DNA of 64,000 nucleotides from Tubiluchus corallicola (lineage: Eukaryota; Animalia; Priapulida), in NCBI GenBank assembly GCA_030141605.1, contig JAQGDQ010000807.1:1-64000 (forward strand). Reading direction: 5' to 3'. Within the stretch, counting starts at the first letter, position 1. The number at the start of each line of letters is the position of its first letter. This document shows, piece by piece, positions 1 through 14,200 of the stretch. The translations under genes and the position numbers were made by a program. The notes below the pieces were generated by a model that worked only from the letters and a program-made list of their open reading frames with translations, did no database searches and had not been told where the DNA came from.

Positions 1-674
<674 letters not shown>

Positions 675-1039
675 CCACATTGCCTTAATATGCATTTTGA
701 GTTTAAGTTCTCTACCGAGTTATTTCGACTGGTATCCCTTGGCGTCTTAACTGGGATGTGGGCGAAGCTACAACACGCTGAGAATTTACGTCAAAAACAT
801 TAATATGCAGGGACTGACATTACAGCTGGTGTATACGGAGGGAGGGCCGAAGTTAGGCAAACACGCCCGAGATCGGCGCAGTTGCATTTTATCTATTGGA
901 CTGCAAAAGCAAAAATCTGCCCTAGCTCTTAGTGGGCGCTCGTGTCAATGTTTAGTAGTTTTGTTCACAAATGTGCCTAGAAAATTGTCGAGGAATTGAA
1001 GTTATTCATTGCGACTTCGTACTTCTGCAATTCTGCAAT

Positions 1040-1681
1040 AATAAAATTCTGACATAGCAATAGAAAAATCTTGAATCTCACACAGTTAAATATTCTTTAT
1101 TCTCCGCTAATATTTAGCTTAATAATTCTTTAGCTTGCAAGCTAGGGTAACGAAAATCACAGGAAGAGTAGTCCTAGGTGGGAGAAGGACACAGCGTATT
1201 GAAGGGGTGAAGGGCAATTGGCAACGGTCAATTTTTCCATTAGAATACATCTCATTCTAGGACGTTTGTTTCTTTTTCATTTTTTTCACATATATTTAGG
1301 TGCTGTGGGGTAAATGTGCACCAGGAGTTCTAAAAGCCGGAAAGCTTTAAACCTCCAAGAACTGGGTTAAAATGCAAAATCGGGCCCATTTTTGGTGACC
1401 TTTTAGACGAGAGGTCTAAGGACAAAACCCACAGGGCACTCTCTAAGCATAGAGAACTACGTTTATGTGTCCCGACAGTATCGGGCCAAAGATAATAGAG
1501 TGGGCAGATCTTCATTTTTTCTTTACTTTCTATCTGCTCATATAGTTTTGACCTAGGGCCTCAATTTTTGTGTGTAGCTAGGAGGGGCCGTGATCTTATG
1601 TATCACTGAATGTGGGACATTTGCGTTTAGGAAAAGTGGGGTACAAAGAGAGAGCGAGAGAGAGAAAGAGAGAGGGGAGAT

Positions 1682-1751
<70 letters not shown>

Positions 1752-1837
1752 TGTGTGGGTGGGTGGGTGGGTGGGTGGCTGTGTGTGTGGGTGTGTGTGC
1801 GCGTGCGTGCGCGTGCGTGCGCGTGCGTGTGCGTGCG
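1040..1837 (-). mobile_element. Microsatellite-containing interspersed repeat, probably a non-autonomous element; 1223-1837 is the right arm of the inverted repeat
   Basis: 1223-1837 mirrors 1-674. The minus strand of ~1040-1335 resembles 28697-29005 (e.g. GTGCACATTTACCCCACAGCACCTAAATATATGTGAAAAAA vs GTGCACATCTACCCCATAGTGCCTAAATACCTGTGAAAAAA), so it belongs to a dispersed family. Confidence 0.6.
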
Positions 1838-4289
1838 TCATTTCAGGTATCTTTGTTATAGCCGCCTTTGCCGCAGAAGACGTCCAACTATACGGGGAAA
1901 CTAGAAAAGAGCCTCATGTTGTATCAGTTGTTTGCAGGTGCGACATAAGCACATATTCCACATTCATGGCATAATTATTATAATCGCTTGGATTCAACAT
2001 TTGTTTGTTATTTTAGCTAATAAACTCAGCGTTCTGGTTGTTTATTTCACAGTTAGCTGCTTGTAATATCTCCCTAAAGTGTTGTTCAAGACGCCGCCTG
2101 AAACTGCTGCGGGAATTCGCCATCCATTTCTACGATGTTAACGGTTTCACATAAAATATATGACTCCTGAAAATGATGTTGATTAGAAACTATTGGCCAT
2201 TTGATGATTGTAAAATTGGTGGCTATGGTTGCACTTATGACTGTGAAACGGTGTCATTTCGCAAACAAGGCACAAGCTATATGCTTTCGTGCGAAATGAC
2301 TTTGGTCACGTTTCACAGTAATATACATTACCATATGAATTATTCAACTAAACATTTGCCTTGCAATCTTATGCCCTATTTCACTTACGGGTTGTCGGTA
2401 ATGATCACACGTAATCGTATTTTGATCGTAATACCTTTATACAGTTTCAGATACAGTGTTTTCGTGGTCAGCAAAATAATGTAAAACTCTTTAAATATTA
2501 GAATCATATTAAACTCTTAATACATAAGTCTGGAAAGTTGAGGCGGATGAGGGGTGGGGGTTTCGGTTAGGAGAGTCAGTTAGGTAAGGTGCATAAATAG
2601 TGGTTCTCTTGGGTTATTTTTGTTTGAAGGCTTTACACTTCAGTCAATTTTGAGCGCCATTATCAGCCAATTATTGCTTGTACATGCCATATTTTGAGTG
2701 AGGGAGTAGCAGCACCTCAGAATTGACGTGTCTTCTACCCACGAGTTATTCAGGGACATTCTGATTACAGACCGGCTTCAATATTGCATGTACTTTCAAT
2801 TGCGGTATGGGCCTCTGGTTCATTTGCATCAGCCAATTTGTTGCTCATAAAATTTACAACAGTCGTTCTTCCCAATTTGGCATAGACTGAATCTATAACT
2901 CTAGGTTATATCTAGACAAATTGCACTGTCAATCGCAGAACCAAATTGCCTCTTTTCACAAAGCAAAGCGATTGGTTTTACCCTTTGTCATTGTAGCAGT
3001 GTATGAGAGTTATTAGTTAGTATGCAAAAGAGTAGTTCCTGGCTTACCACGTAAATCAACAGTTATTTTGACAATCAAGTAATCACTTCTTTGTTTTCCG
3101 CTCTTTAAATTATTACCATATGAACACCATACATGCTAAGGTAAAGCGTACTAACTAATCTTAAGACAGAGCATGTACATCCAGATTTATCGACGTATAA
3201 AACAAACATTTTTATAAACAATCTGTAAGCTGTACGTTTGAACTGAATTCTCCTTCAAATCCAAAAAATACTGTTCCGTAGTAAACATTCAGTAGAAGCT
3301 ACGCTACTATACAATGTGAACATCGAATAACATTAGCCTATTCGTAATTAAAGCACAGTTAGTGCGGTTCAGCTACTTTTCGTACGTTATACGTAATGTC
3401 CATGCAAAATGAATAATCTACTTTTAAGAAAACGCGCTTTCACCGTTTCGATCACAGTTTTGATCCCGGGATCTAGGATTAACTTTGCTCATGGTCTTGA
3501 TATCCTGAAACTAAATTGAATGCCAGGATTGAGATCCATCCAGTGAATTGTCTGAGCAGCAAGCGGGGAAGTTGGAGAGGCTGGCCTAACTGTAGTAAGC
3601 ATCTTACAGCTATAAACAGTATGACGTCGTCTAGGTGCTTCTACATTCTAAAACATGGCACGTCGCCATGCATGCCATGCATTCCTGTCCACCCCCAAAG
3701 CCCAGGATGCATCGTCCCTCAAACCTAGAGTTGTATTTGCTAAATTCTTTTGCAGTATATACTCAGTAGCTGACTCCCTCTCGCTTTTTTTGTCGGTTCA
3801 AGAGTATAGGAAGAGAAGACTCTTGAGGTAGTCTTAATGCAGGACCTCCAATGACCTAATGACCGCCAATGCAATCAGTATCCAGTAAACAGTAATAATG
3901 CTGCATTTCAAAGTTTCCTTCTATGCTCGGTTGTAAAATTTATAAAATCAAATCAAAAAGAATAAATACGTAAAAGATATTATCATTTCAAAGTGAAAGG
4001 TCAATGTCAGTGTTTATCCAGGGAAAGATCTGTTTTGTTTCTAACTTAAAAAATGCAATGAATTAGCGCCTTGGGAAAGATTACGGGGTACAATTTTGGG
4101 TATAGGGAGCATTACGCGTGAATCAATTGCTTATGTAGAAGTTATAAAACTGGGGCAACTTTCGTTAGTTTAACAGCAGTTTTAGTAAATTATCCTATAA
4201 AAGAAAGCAGAACTAATGCGATACGATTTTCCTTTAGTAAATTTTTATTATTTCGACATACATTATATTTCTCGAGCAATTACAGTCAG

Positions 4290-4497
4290 CACGAGCTATT
4301 TTTACAAGCATAAGTTTGGAGTGAATGGCCGGTGGCCAAGTTAAGCACACCGAGGCTGACCAGTGAATTGGCTTGATACCCCTTGTATCCAATACCCGCT
4401 CTAAGTGGTTTCATTATGATTATGGATGGTCGACTCGTAGAGGGAGCATGTGTTGAACCGGAACGTGGCAAGACAACTCTGCCGATTGAGTAGCTCA
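4290..4497 (-). mobile_element. Possible tRNA-derived SINE
   Basis: Minus strand starts GAGCTACTCAATCGGCAGAGT (A-box-like), then CCGGTTCAACAC (B-box-like), within a locally GC-richer block. No TSD found. Confidence 0.3.
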
Positions 4498-5138
4498 TCT
4501 TAGAAGATTATGTGTGATACTGAGCAAGGCTCCGATTTCGCCATAAGTATCTTTGATAAGTAGACCCTACCGTCGAATGCCAGTTCTGTGACAGTATGCC
4601 GAATTGTGAAAAAAAAACAAAGAAAATAAAAAACTTCAACGGTTAATATATTTACAAATAAAAAAGTTGTCATCACAGTTTGTTCCTGTACGCAGAAAGT
4701 CTGCATATACAGTCAGAAATAGACTGCTGTTCTCAAATAACATTGTGTTGTTAATTTAATAACTTGAATTCTGATGTATTATGTAAATCGAATATATTCA
4801 AATTGTGGTATGAACTTTTATCTGCAAATTTTCAGTTTATATAAATTTTTTCAGGGCCATTATAGTGATTTTGTTATTTTTATTATGTCAGTTTTATCTG
4901 TAATTATGTAAATATTTGTATGTAGGACATTTTTGCCTGCAATAAAAAGTATAATACATGTAATAATATAATTAGTATTAATTGGATGTTTGATTAATCT
5001 GCCAAGTAAACCATTGCTGTATCTTATGCATAATGAGTGTTTACTAAATTTTCTTCGTGGCTTCTAATCGATGTGATGTTTTCTTCACTTCACTAATCAG
5101 ACGTGTTCACTTTTGGCAGGGGTGGACGTTACTACTAC

Positions 5139-8100
5139 ATGGACAGTGAAGCGCAGGTGGATGATTACACTTATCACGACGTCTACAGTAATTACCAGGT
5201 AATAATAATAATGATGATGATGATGATGATGATGATGATATATTTATTTATGAAGCGCGCTTTCGATTAATATTTAGATAAAATACCTAAAAACTGTATT
5301 CCAATTAGTCTATCTATAAATCATGAAAAACTGCAAAATATTCACTACTTACGCATTAAGCTACTGCTTAAAAAGATGAGTTTTCAGTTTTTTTAAAAAG
5401 AATTTAAGTTTGAACATTCTCTAATTTTAATTGATAGCTTAGTCCCACACTTTGGCGCAATACTTGAAAATCCTAAAGCAGCAAAGATTTTCTTTCTATT
5501 AAAAGGTACAAAAAGTTCCAATTTATTCGCTTTTCTAAGTAAGTTTTTGCTTAGTAATATATGTCCTAGGTTAGCAAGTATACGTAAAGAAAAAATAAGG
5601 CGAATATTGGATGGCAATATAGGATATGCAGGCCACATTTCAAAATGCTCATTTAGTATTTTTGTAATCTGTACTAAGTGAATAAAATATACCTCATGCT
5701 TGTGCATTGTGGATGTAGTGTACATTATGCACTTACAAGTTATTAAAAAATAACGAAAAAATTGGGAACATTTATAAAAAAGTCTATATTTATAATTTAT
5801 TATGTAACGAACATTTATAATAAATCTACTGGCAAGGAAGATTTACAAGATAATTGAGTGAACTACAGAGATAGCTACAGAGATAACTTGAGAATCAATT
5901 AATACAACATTAAAAACAACATACAATAAGCGAATCACATGTACATTAATCTTCATTCTGTATTTGGCATACACAGTCTTTTTGTGTACAAGTGTTGTAC
6001 ATAGGTGTACATTGCATACATAGGCTAATGCAGGATGGCTTTACATGTTCACAATAGTTTGCAAAGCTATGCTGCATTAACCTAGCACTTGTACACAAAC
6101 AGAATGTGTATGTCAAATACAGAATGAAGATGAATGTACAACTGGACTCTTATTGCATATTGTATTTGGAGAAGGAAAAGAATTGGGAGAAAAGAAGAAG
6201 TCTAGTGAGTTTTAGAATTGCTGCACGCAGAAAAAATTACAACTTAATACGACCACGGTAAAAGATATACTGCGAGAGCTGAGAGTGGTTTATATGACAT
6301 CTCACGTATAAATTGTTTGAGTGCTGGAATACATTGGTAGTCAATTGGAGATCATTTTTGGTCACTCTTTCATCATTCATCGTGAAAATTGTTTAAGAGC
6401 CACTGATTTTTTTTATTCAATAGGGAATAAAGACTCTTCAGTAAGGAGGATCAAAGTTTTATTGATTTGCTCAAAATGTGCTCAGATTGAAATGGGGCTA
6501 CTTTTAGGAGCGTCCTGTGAAAACGGCTCCAATAAAAAAACTTAAAAGTAAAAGTGACCAAAAAAAATGCTCTCCTACAGACTACTAATGTATTACAGCT
6601 TTCAGACTGTCTGTACGCAAAATGTCATATAAACCGCTCTCATAACCCGCTTCCCGGACTAATAAGCTGGAAAAAAAACTTACCCTGGCTTCGTTTGCTA
6701 TTTCACATGGCAATACAAACATGTCTTTATTAAAATATTTAAACATAGATGTGTCTAATTAAGACTTGTTGTCGCCATGATTTATTACTTGAACATTTCC
6801 AGTAACGTTGGTAGCTTCGACTTTCCTGGCTTTTTATTTCCTTCTTTTACCTCGTCGTCAAGCTAGAGCATATTAGCACCGTTGTTATTGTAATCTACCT
6901 TACAGCTTTGTTCCGTCTGCATATGTACACAATAACTCTTGCCTATAGTGAAACACGGTGTAGTGGAACAGAAATGCTAATGAAGACGAGGAAGAGAATA
7001 AGGGGAAGGAAGAGGAGAAAGAGGAGGCGGTGGGGAAAATATAGCGATAAAATGTGGCAAGACAGCAAAGGAGTTGGTCAAATTTACTTGCAACACCCAA
7101 TGGTAGCCTGGTTTTGTATGAGTACTCAGTGACTTGTACAGAGGACATTCAAGGTCAAAGGTCGACTTCTCAAATACTCTACATTCTATCTTTGTATAGA
7201 TTATCACAGCAGGTAGTTGACAACCTTTATGAAGAGTTGGACACCAAGGAAGGACAGGGGAGAGTTTTCAAGTTGGCGAAGCTGAGAAATAAGAGTACAA
7301 AGGACATTAGGCATATAAGGCAGATCAAAGATGAAAGGGGGCAAGTAATACGAAAAGAAAGCGATGTCCGGAGGAGGTGGAAGGAATACTACGAGAAGCT
7401 GCTGATCGAGGAAAATGAAAGACTGGTTAGGGATGATGGAGAACCGAATGAACTGGAGGTAACAGGGGTGACAAGACAGGAGGTGGAATTAGCATTAAAG
7501 AAAATGAAAAATGGCAAATCTACGGGACCTGACGGAATACCGGTGGAAGTTTGGAAAGCCTTAGGAGAAGAAGGGATTGACATACTGCATCAACTGATGA
7601 GAGAAATAGTGGAGAGAGAGATACTCCCGGAAAAATGGAGGGAAAGTACTCTGATACCGATTTTTAAGGAGAAGGGAGACATCCAGGACTGCGGAAATTA
7701 TCGGGGGATTAAGCTGATGTCCCACACCCTGAAACTGTTCGAAAGGATTCTGGATAATAGATTGAGACAGGTGGTACACATAGGACGGCAACAGTTGGGA
7801 TTCATGAAGGGACGTGGAACGGTTGACGGTATATTCACACTTTGACAGACTATAGAGAAACACCAGGTAAAGCAAAGGGCACTACATATAGCTTTCATAG
7901 ATCTAGAGAAAGCATATGATAGGGTACCACGGCAAGAAGCGTGGAGAGGCCTGAGGGAGAGAGGAGTGCCAGAAAAATGTGTAAGAATAGTCCAAGAATG
8001 CTACAAGAACGTGACAACTAAAGTCCGGAGTACAGTTGGTATAACAGACAGTTTCCAAGTAAAAGTCGGTCTACATCAAGGATCGGCACTAAGCCCCCTA

Positions 8101-11100
8101 CTGTTCAACATAGTGTTTGATGTCATCACAGAGAGTGTAAGGGGAAATCCACCATGGTGTGTTTTGTATGCGGATGACATCGCTATATTGGCTGAGAGTA
8201 GAGAAACACTGGAAGGAAAATTAGAAGCATGGAGAGCCGCTTTGGAGAGCAGAGGAATGAGGATTAGTAGATCCAAAACGGAGTATCTTACGACAGACAT
8301 GAATGGGATCAACGGGAAACAATAAGATTGAACGGGGCAGAGTTGAAAAGAGTAAAGACCTTTAAGTATCTGGGATCAATGATAGATGAGACTGCAGGAA
8401 TGGAAAAGGAGGTGAATTTCAGGATTCAGTGTGGTTGGAATAACTGGCGAAAAGTTTCAGGTGTGATATGCGATAAGAGGATTCCAGCGAGACTTAAAGG
8501 TAAAGTTCACAAAGCAGTGGTCAGACCCGCCCTAATATATGGGCTGGAAGCAGCACCTCTAAAGAAGACCGAAGAGAAGAAAATGGATGTGGCGGAGATG
8601 AGAATGTTGAGATGGATGGTGGGAGTAACAAGAAGGGATAAAATCAGGAATAGTAATATTAGAGGAACAGTGAAAGTAGTGGAAGCCTCGAAAAAGATAC
8701 AAGAGGCAAGATTGCGATGGTATTGGCACCTGAGAAGGAGAGTCGGGGAAAATCACGTGGGAAGGGAGGTCATGGAAATGGAAGTGCTGGGAAACAGAAA
8801 AAGAGGACGACCCAAGCTGAGATGGCTTGAATGCATAAACGGAGACCTTAGAGAGAAGACCATAAATGAAGAGATGGTCAACAACAGGAATGCATGGAGA
8901 AAACTTATTCACAACGGCGACCCCGCATAGGGAAAAGCTGAGAAGAAGAAGAAGATCACAGCAGGTAGTTGAAACAAACGCGGGTGATAGAGAGGGTACA
9001 GTTTTAGACTGGCGCCGTATTAAGTCATTTCTGGTAAGGGAAGTGGGCCAGCTGGGGCTAAAATGTAGGAATCTTAATTCTTTGATGCCCTTTTACAAAT
9101 TGCAGCTAGCCTGGTCTGGTTCAGAAAAGTCACGTCGCAAAATCCGCTTAATACATAATTTATGTACCGAAGATGTTGGTTTCCGTAAAGACAAAAGATT
9201 TATTTACCGTCGCTCATTTAACAAACAACATTAGCACTAACGGCTATTTAACCCTGCACGCCAAATTGCCAGTTCTGTTTAAGCTTGACATTATCATATT
9301 AGATTTCAAGCCAATGCAGCTTATGTTCGACATTATGATATTAGATTTCGCCGATGGCAGCTATTAGTTTCATTTTCGTTACTATTATTTTCTGTCTTGG
9401 ACATGATCATTACCATTGTTGCCATCATCATCTTCTTCTTCATCCTTGTTATCGTTGTCATCGACATGATCATCAATCATCATCATCGTCGTCGTCATCA
9501 TCATCATCATCATCGTCACCATTGCCATCATCAAGTTCATTATCATAATCAATCAATTCTTACTCAGTGTCTTCTTTCACTTAGAGAAAATTTGTCTTTT
9601 AATCAGGACTTAAAACGGGGGATGTGGGGTTTAATAATACAGTATTTACAGTTATCATAATCATTATCATTGCCATGACGCCATCGCCAGCATGTCGTCA
9701 AGAAATTACTACTGTAATGCATCCTGCATATACAGTATCATCAAAACTACTGCTGCCACCACTGCAACAGCTGGAAACCATGGCCACACAGCGGCATTTG
9801 ATCTTAAAGTTGATGAACATTGAGAAGTGGCTATTATTTCTCAAATTAACGACCTGTTGTTGTTAGGAGAAGCTGCGCTTGTCCCGCAAATGTGCGTAGG
9901 AAAAGATAAATCGATGAACTATACCTGCTCGTTACCAAGGAAACGAGAAAGTAGATGAAAAACTGTGTTTTGCGAAGTCAACTACATTCTGTAAATGTTT
10001 TACTTGTGTTATACTACTGCTGGCTTCTTTGAAGTCGGCACGATAAATTCAATCATTTTTCGTATTTCCCTGCCAGCATTTGATAAGAGCTGCCGGTCAT
10101 TCGTGTGAGACTGATACAGAATGGAACATATTCGTCTTAATTTTCAATTATCCCGCTAGGACGATTGGATTCAGTATGATACCAAGTTGCCAGAGTGACT
10201 GCTGAGCAGTGATTAATGGCTCGTGGCGAGAATTAATGAATTAAAATGTAGATTGTATGGCTTATGATTTATTAGGCAATGTAGCATGATTCGAAAACCG
10301 ATACGGTTGGCTGATTTTGTTTGATTTCATGATCACACAAGTGATAATGACTTCGTAATTGAAAATAATATTGTACAAATAAATTCTTAATTGCTGGAAG
10401 CTGTAATAATTGATGAGCAAAAAGAGCGTAAAGAACGTGGACTTCAGCTTGTTAAATTGAAACATTTTAGAGGATAATTAAAAATAATTTTTAAGAAAAT
10501 AATTAATAGTTACGTATAATTTATTTTAATAACATGTCATCTGGAAGTTTAAGATCAGCGCATTGTTTGGTTGATTTTTTGACTGGTTCAGCACTGAATT
10601 TTAGTGACTAACCAACTCTTTTTTTAAAGTAATAATAGGATATTGTCGAAATTCAGCTGATTGTGAGTGTTTATTAAATACGTTTACAAGATTTTTGAAA
10701 CAGGCTTTCAATAAACATAAATTTTGCAGAATAATGTTGGAAGCGCTTGAAGTTGTGTTCTCCCCCTTTCTCACCTCTTTTATATTCTTCTATCTTCTCT
10801 TCGCCTTCCTGTCTTCTCGTCTCCTCTCTCCTCTTCTCTTTCCCTGTCCTCTCTTCTCTCTTCGCCTTCCCGTGTTCTCGTCTCCTTCCATACCCTATGG
10901 TAATTCCATTATCATGATACCAAAAGGGTAATTACATAGCAACAAGAACTGCCGCTGCCATCGATGCAGTTGCTGATGCACAGCTATCAACATAACTTTA
11001 GCGAAAAGCGTTGTAGAAAACGTATAGTATCTCACTTTTCACGTACATTTCCCGCCGGTCATCATTCAGTCGACCTTTTTTTCCTTGTTGCCCTCTCCAC

Positions 11101-11179
11101 ACTGCTTGCTCAAACTGATTTTACTAAATCCACTGAGACGGTCACAATCTTGGTTGCCAAGTAGATTTTATACAATTAC

Positions 11180-11242
<63 letters not shown>

Positions 11243-14200
11243 GTTTTTATTTTATTCACGCCCAATAGTAAAATACAGTGTATAATAAAAACAATATTTA
11301 TAAAACATGCTGACAAAAGCAAAAAATGCAATATTTACAAGAATGCAGAAGAGATAAACTCTTATCAATGTTGAATCAGTATGATTTATTTGTTATTTTA
11401 CTTACAATACTTGTTATTTTTACAGTTCCCAGAAGGTACACATGGAATAGAAGGAGAAGACATTCAGCTGAATCCTTACATAACAATAATAGTTCTAGTG
11501 GCAGGTGTTGTAGGCGGTCTTGTCATAGTGATATCTGTTATCCTGTTCTGCAAATACTGCATAAAGGACAAGAATTTATTGAAAAGGTAAACGAGGAATG
11601 GTGACTGTTTCCGTACAGACTTTGCGCCGTTTTTATGAAAACATGGTTTTTATTTTTATTTATTTATTTATTTTATTCACACCCATTAGCAAATACAGTG
11701 TGTAATAAAAACAATATAATTACATAAAACATTTTAGCAAAAAGCATACAAATACAATATTTACAAAATTGTGATAGAGACACAAAGAGATGAACTACTT
11801 ACATGTGTCTCTGTGTACGAGAAATTTATGTAAGTTAACTTTATTTAAGCAGCTTCAACATATTTGTTTTAGTTTCAAAAAAAAATTACATAATTTTTAA
11901 TTAATGTAAATGGAAATTAATTTTTAAAGGTATTTCAAGGCCTCTAAAATATGGTAAAGGTTCTTTTTATTAATAAGTCACATTAATAAGTATAATATTA
12001 TTGACGTGATTACCTAGTTGAATATTAGTTTAATATGCAAAATTTGTAGATATATAGTACTTGAAATTGTTTGGTCATTTTCCACAAATTTTATTCTTGG
12101 TATTTTCGTATGGCGCTTTTTTACGTTTTGCACAAACAGGTCTTTAAAGATTAAGCTCATTTTTTTCTTTTCTACTAAATTCGTCCAAATGTTTGGCTCG
12201 CGGCTTGATAAGCTTTACACTGTAGACACGAAATGTCACGTCACACGTGAGAAAAGCTGGTTTAAAAAAGCTCAAGCAGCACAACCTGGTGCAATCTCTT
12301 ATTATGTAATGTAATACACCTCGGAATGCTGTGCATCCAAGCATTGTAATTTGTAAACCATCAAAATAATTATTTCGTAAGCTACGACGCACCAGTTTTT
12401 GATTATGTTTGGCGAAATATTTTGATTCCTTATTTTAGTTGCACGTAATCATCTCAGTGACGTTAAAGCTCACGGATTTTGCAAAAAAGTGGTTAAATAA
12501 CTGCACGTGTACATTTCTAATATATATGTATACCATTTTAAAGCAATTTACTGGGTTTCTTTGCAAACACAACATTTTCGCATTTCAGGAAAGATGAAAA
12601 AATTTTGGTGACAGGGTTGGTTCAGAAATAATTAAGAATGTTACTTTTCTAAGATATTTGTGAAAACGTTTCTTTGAAAACCTTTTTTTTTCTGAAATGG
12701 TATAAAAATGTTACGTTGCAGAAATTGTTATTGTTATTGAGATAAAAGTAATATTATTGTTTTACATTATAAAAAATGCTTGCTGCGATATGGAAAGCAG
12801 AAATAGGTATTATTCACTTTCGAAAGTGCGCATGAAGTTTCTAAACCTTAAAAACAACTTTCTCACAGTAATTCTCGCTTTATGTGGCGGAAAGATTGAG
12901 AATTGACGGAAAGAGTTAATTTTCGGGCTGTTTTGAAGTCGAAATTAATGCTTTTTGCAGGTAGGGTCTAAATTCATTGCTGCAAATAAGCAAAACTTGG
13001 CATCAGTTTAAGCAATAATTCTTTCTTGACGTCTAAACAAAGCTTCCCATTAAAAACATGGCCGCTTATGATCGATAATTTCTTTATGGACTGTTCTCTG
13101 TTCACACCATCATGTTCTACGTATTAAGATGAAAATTCAAATGTTTATGATCGTTTTACGGCGCATCGTATTCTAGAATGGAGCGTGCTATCATGTCTGC
13201 TAGTTCTGCTGTTAAGGGGGTTCAACTATTTCTGATGCATGGCCTAGAGTGATGCAACATCTAGGCCCGGAGCAGTACTTGTGTCATAGTTTTTGCTATG
13301 GTATCGTAATTAATCCAGAATGAGAAGCATTGGATTACTCGTTTGCTCGTAATTAAAATAAAGAGAAATATAATAATAAAAGTTATAATAAAATAATTAA
13401 TAGTGGCATATTTTTGCATAGAACTGTAATTTTGAGGTTTTGATTTTATCAAATAAAGTTTTCGGGGGTTGCATGGCTGTTTTTACCCCAATTCACATTG
13501 GCTTCAAGATACAAAATAATACCTCAAAAAGGCATGTCTGTGCCAAATTTCAGCTTCCTACCTTCCGCAAAAGCCGGAACATGGAACTTTTTCAGATAAC
13601 AAAAACATAGTTTTTTCATGATCGAGAACAACAACATTACCATGGCAAACAAACCTCTTTATAGGTTACCGAAAGTGAATAAACAACAACTTTATATTTC
13701 TGTTTTAGGCAGCCTGCTGTGTTCTCCAAGAACCGCTCAGGCAGAAGATATGACTCTAGGAGGTACCTCACCTTGGACTCAAGCAGCGGTTTCAGTAATA
13801 CCGATTCCGATAGTTACCACGTCACTGTCATCTATGGCAGCAAGTATGTACAGAGTCAAGAAAAATATTTTTTGCAGTAATAAAAAAACAGAGTATCTAA
13901 TTTATTAGTACTAATCAGGCATGTGGCTAGATAGTAATAATTATGATAATGCATCCCAATCTTGTACGTTGCCTTTTATATGAGCAAATTATATAAACTC
14001 ATTAGGTGTAAAATAATGCTTTTTATAACTTTTAATTACAGATAATTCAAACTCAGAGAACAGCAAGATTCTTTTATCATTTATTCATATATTCTTATGA
14101 ATATTCTTTATTATATGCTAATATGCTTTATTATATTCTTGAAAAAGGAATTTATTGTTGACTAGTTTCAAACAATACTGTTCATTATCACGGCATCTAA

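Noticed and set aside
1847-1937. Upstream coding or UTR exon of CBARP
   Set aside because: AG/GT sites are present but the donor is weak and there is no homology or phase evidence to support it.
1590-1974. ORFs with ER/VC/SL repeats
   Set aside because: Translations of GA/GT/GCGT microsatellites.
7054-7220. N-terminal part of the 263-aa ORF as a host-RT fusion gene
   Set aside because: Lies outside the TSD-defined RTE insertion; chance open frame, and the RT is broken by a stop and a frameshift.
9354-9660. Poly-His and poly-Ser ORFs
   Set aside because: Product of an intronic (CAT)n repeat.
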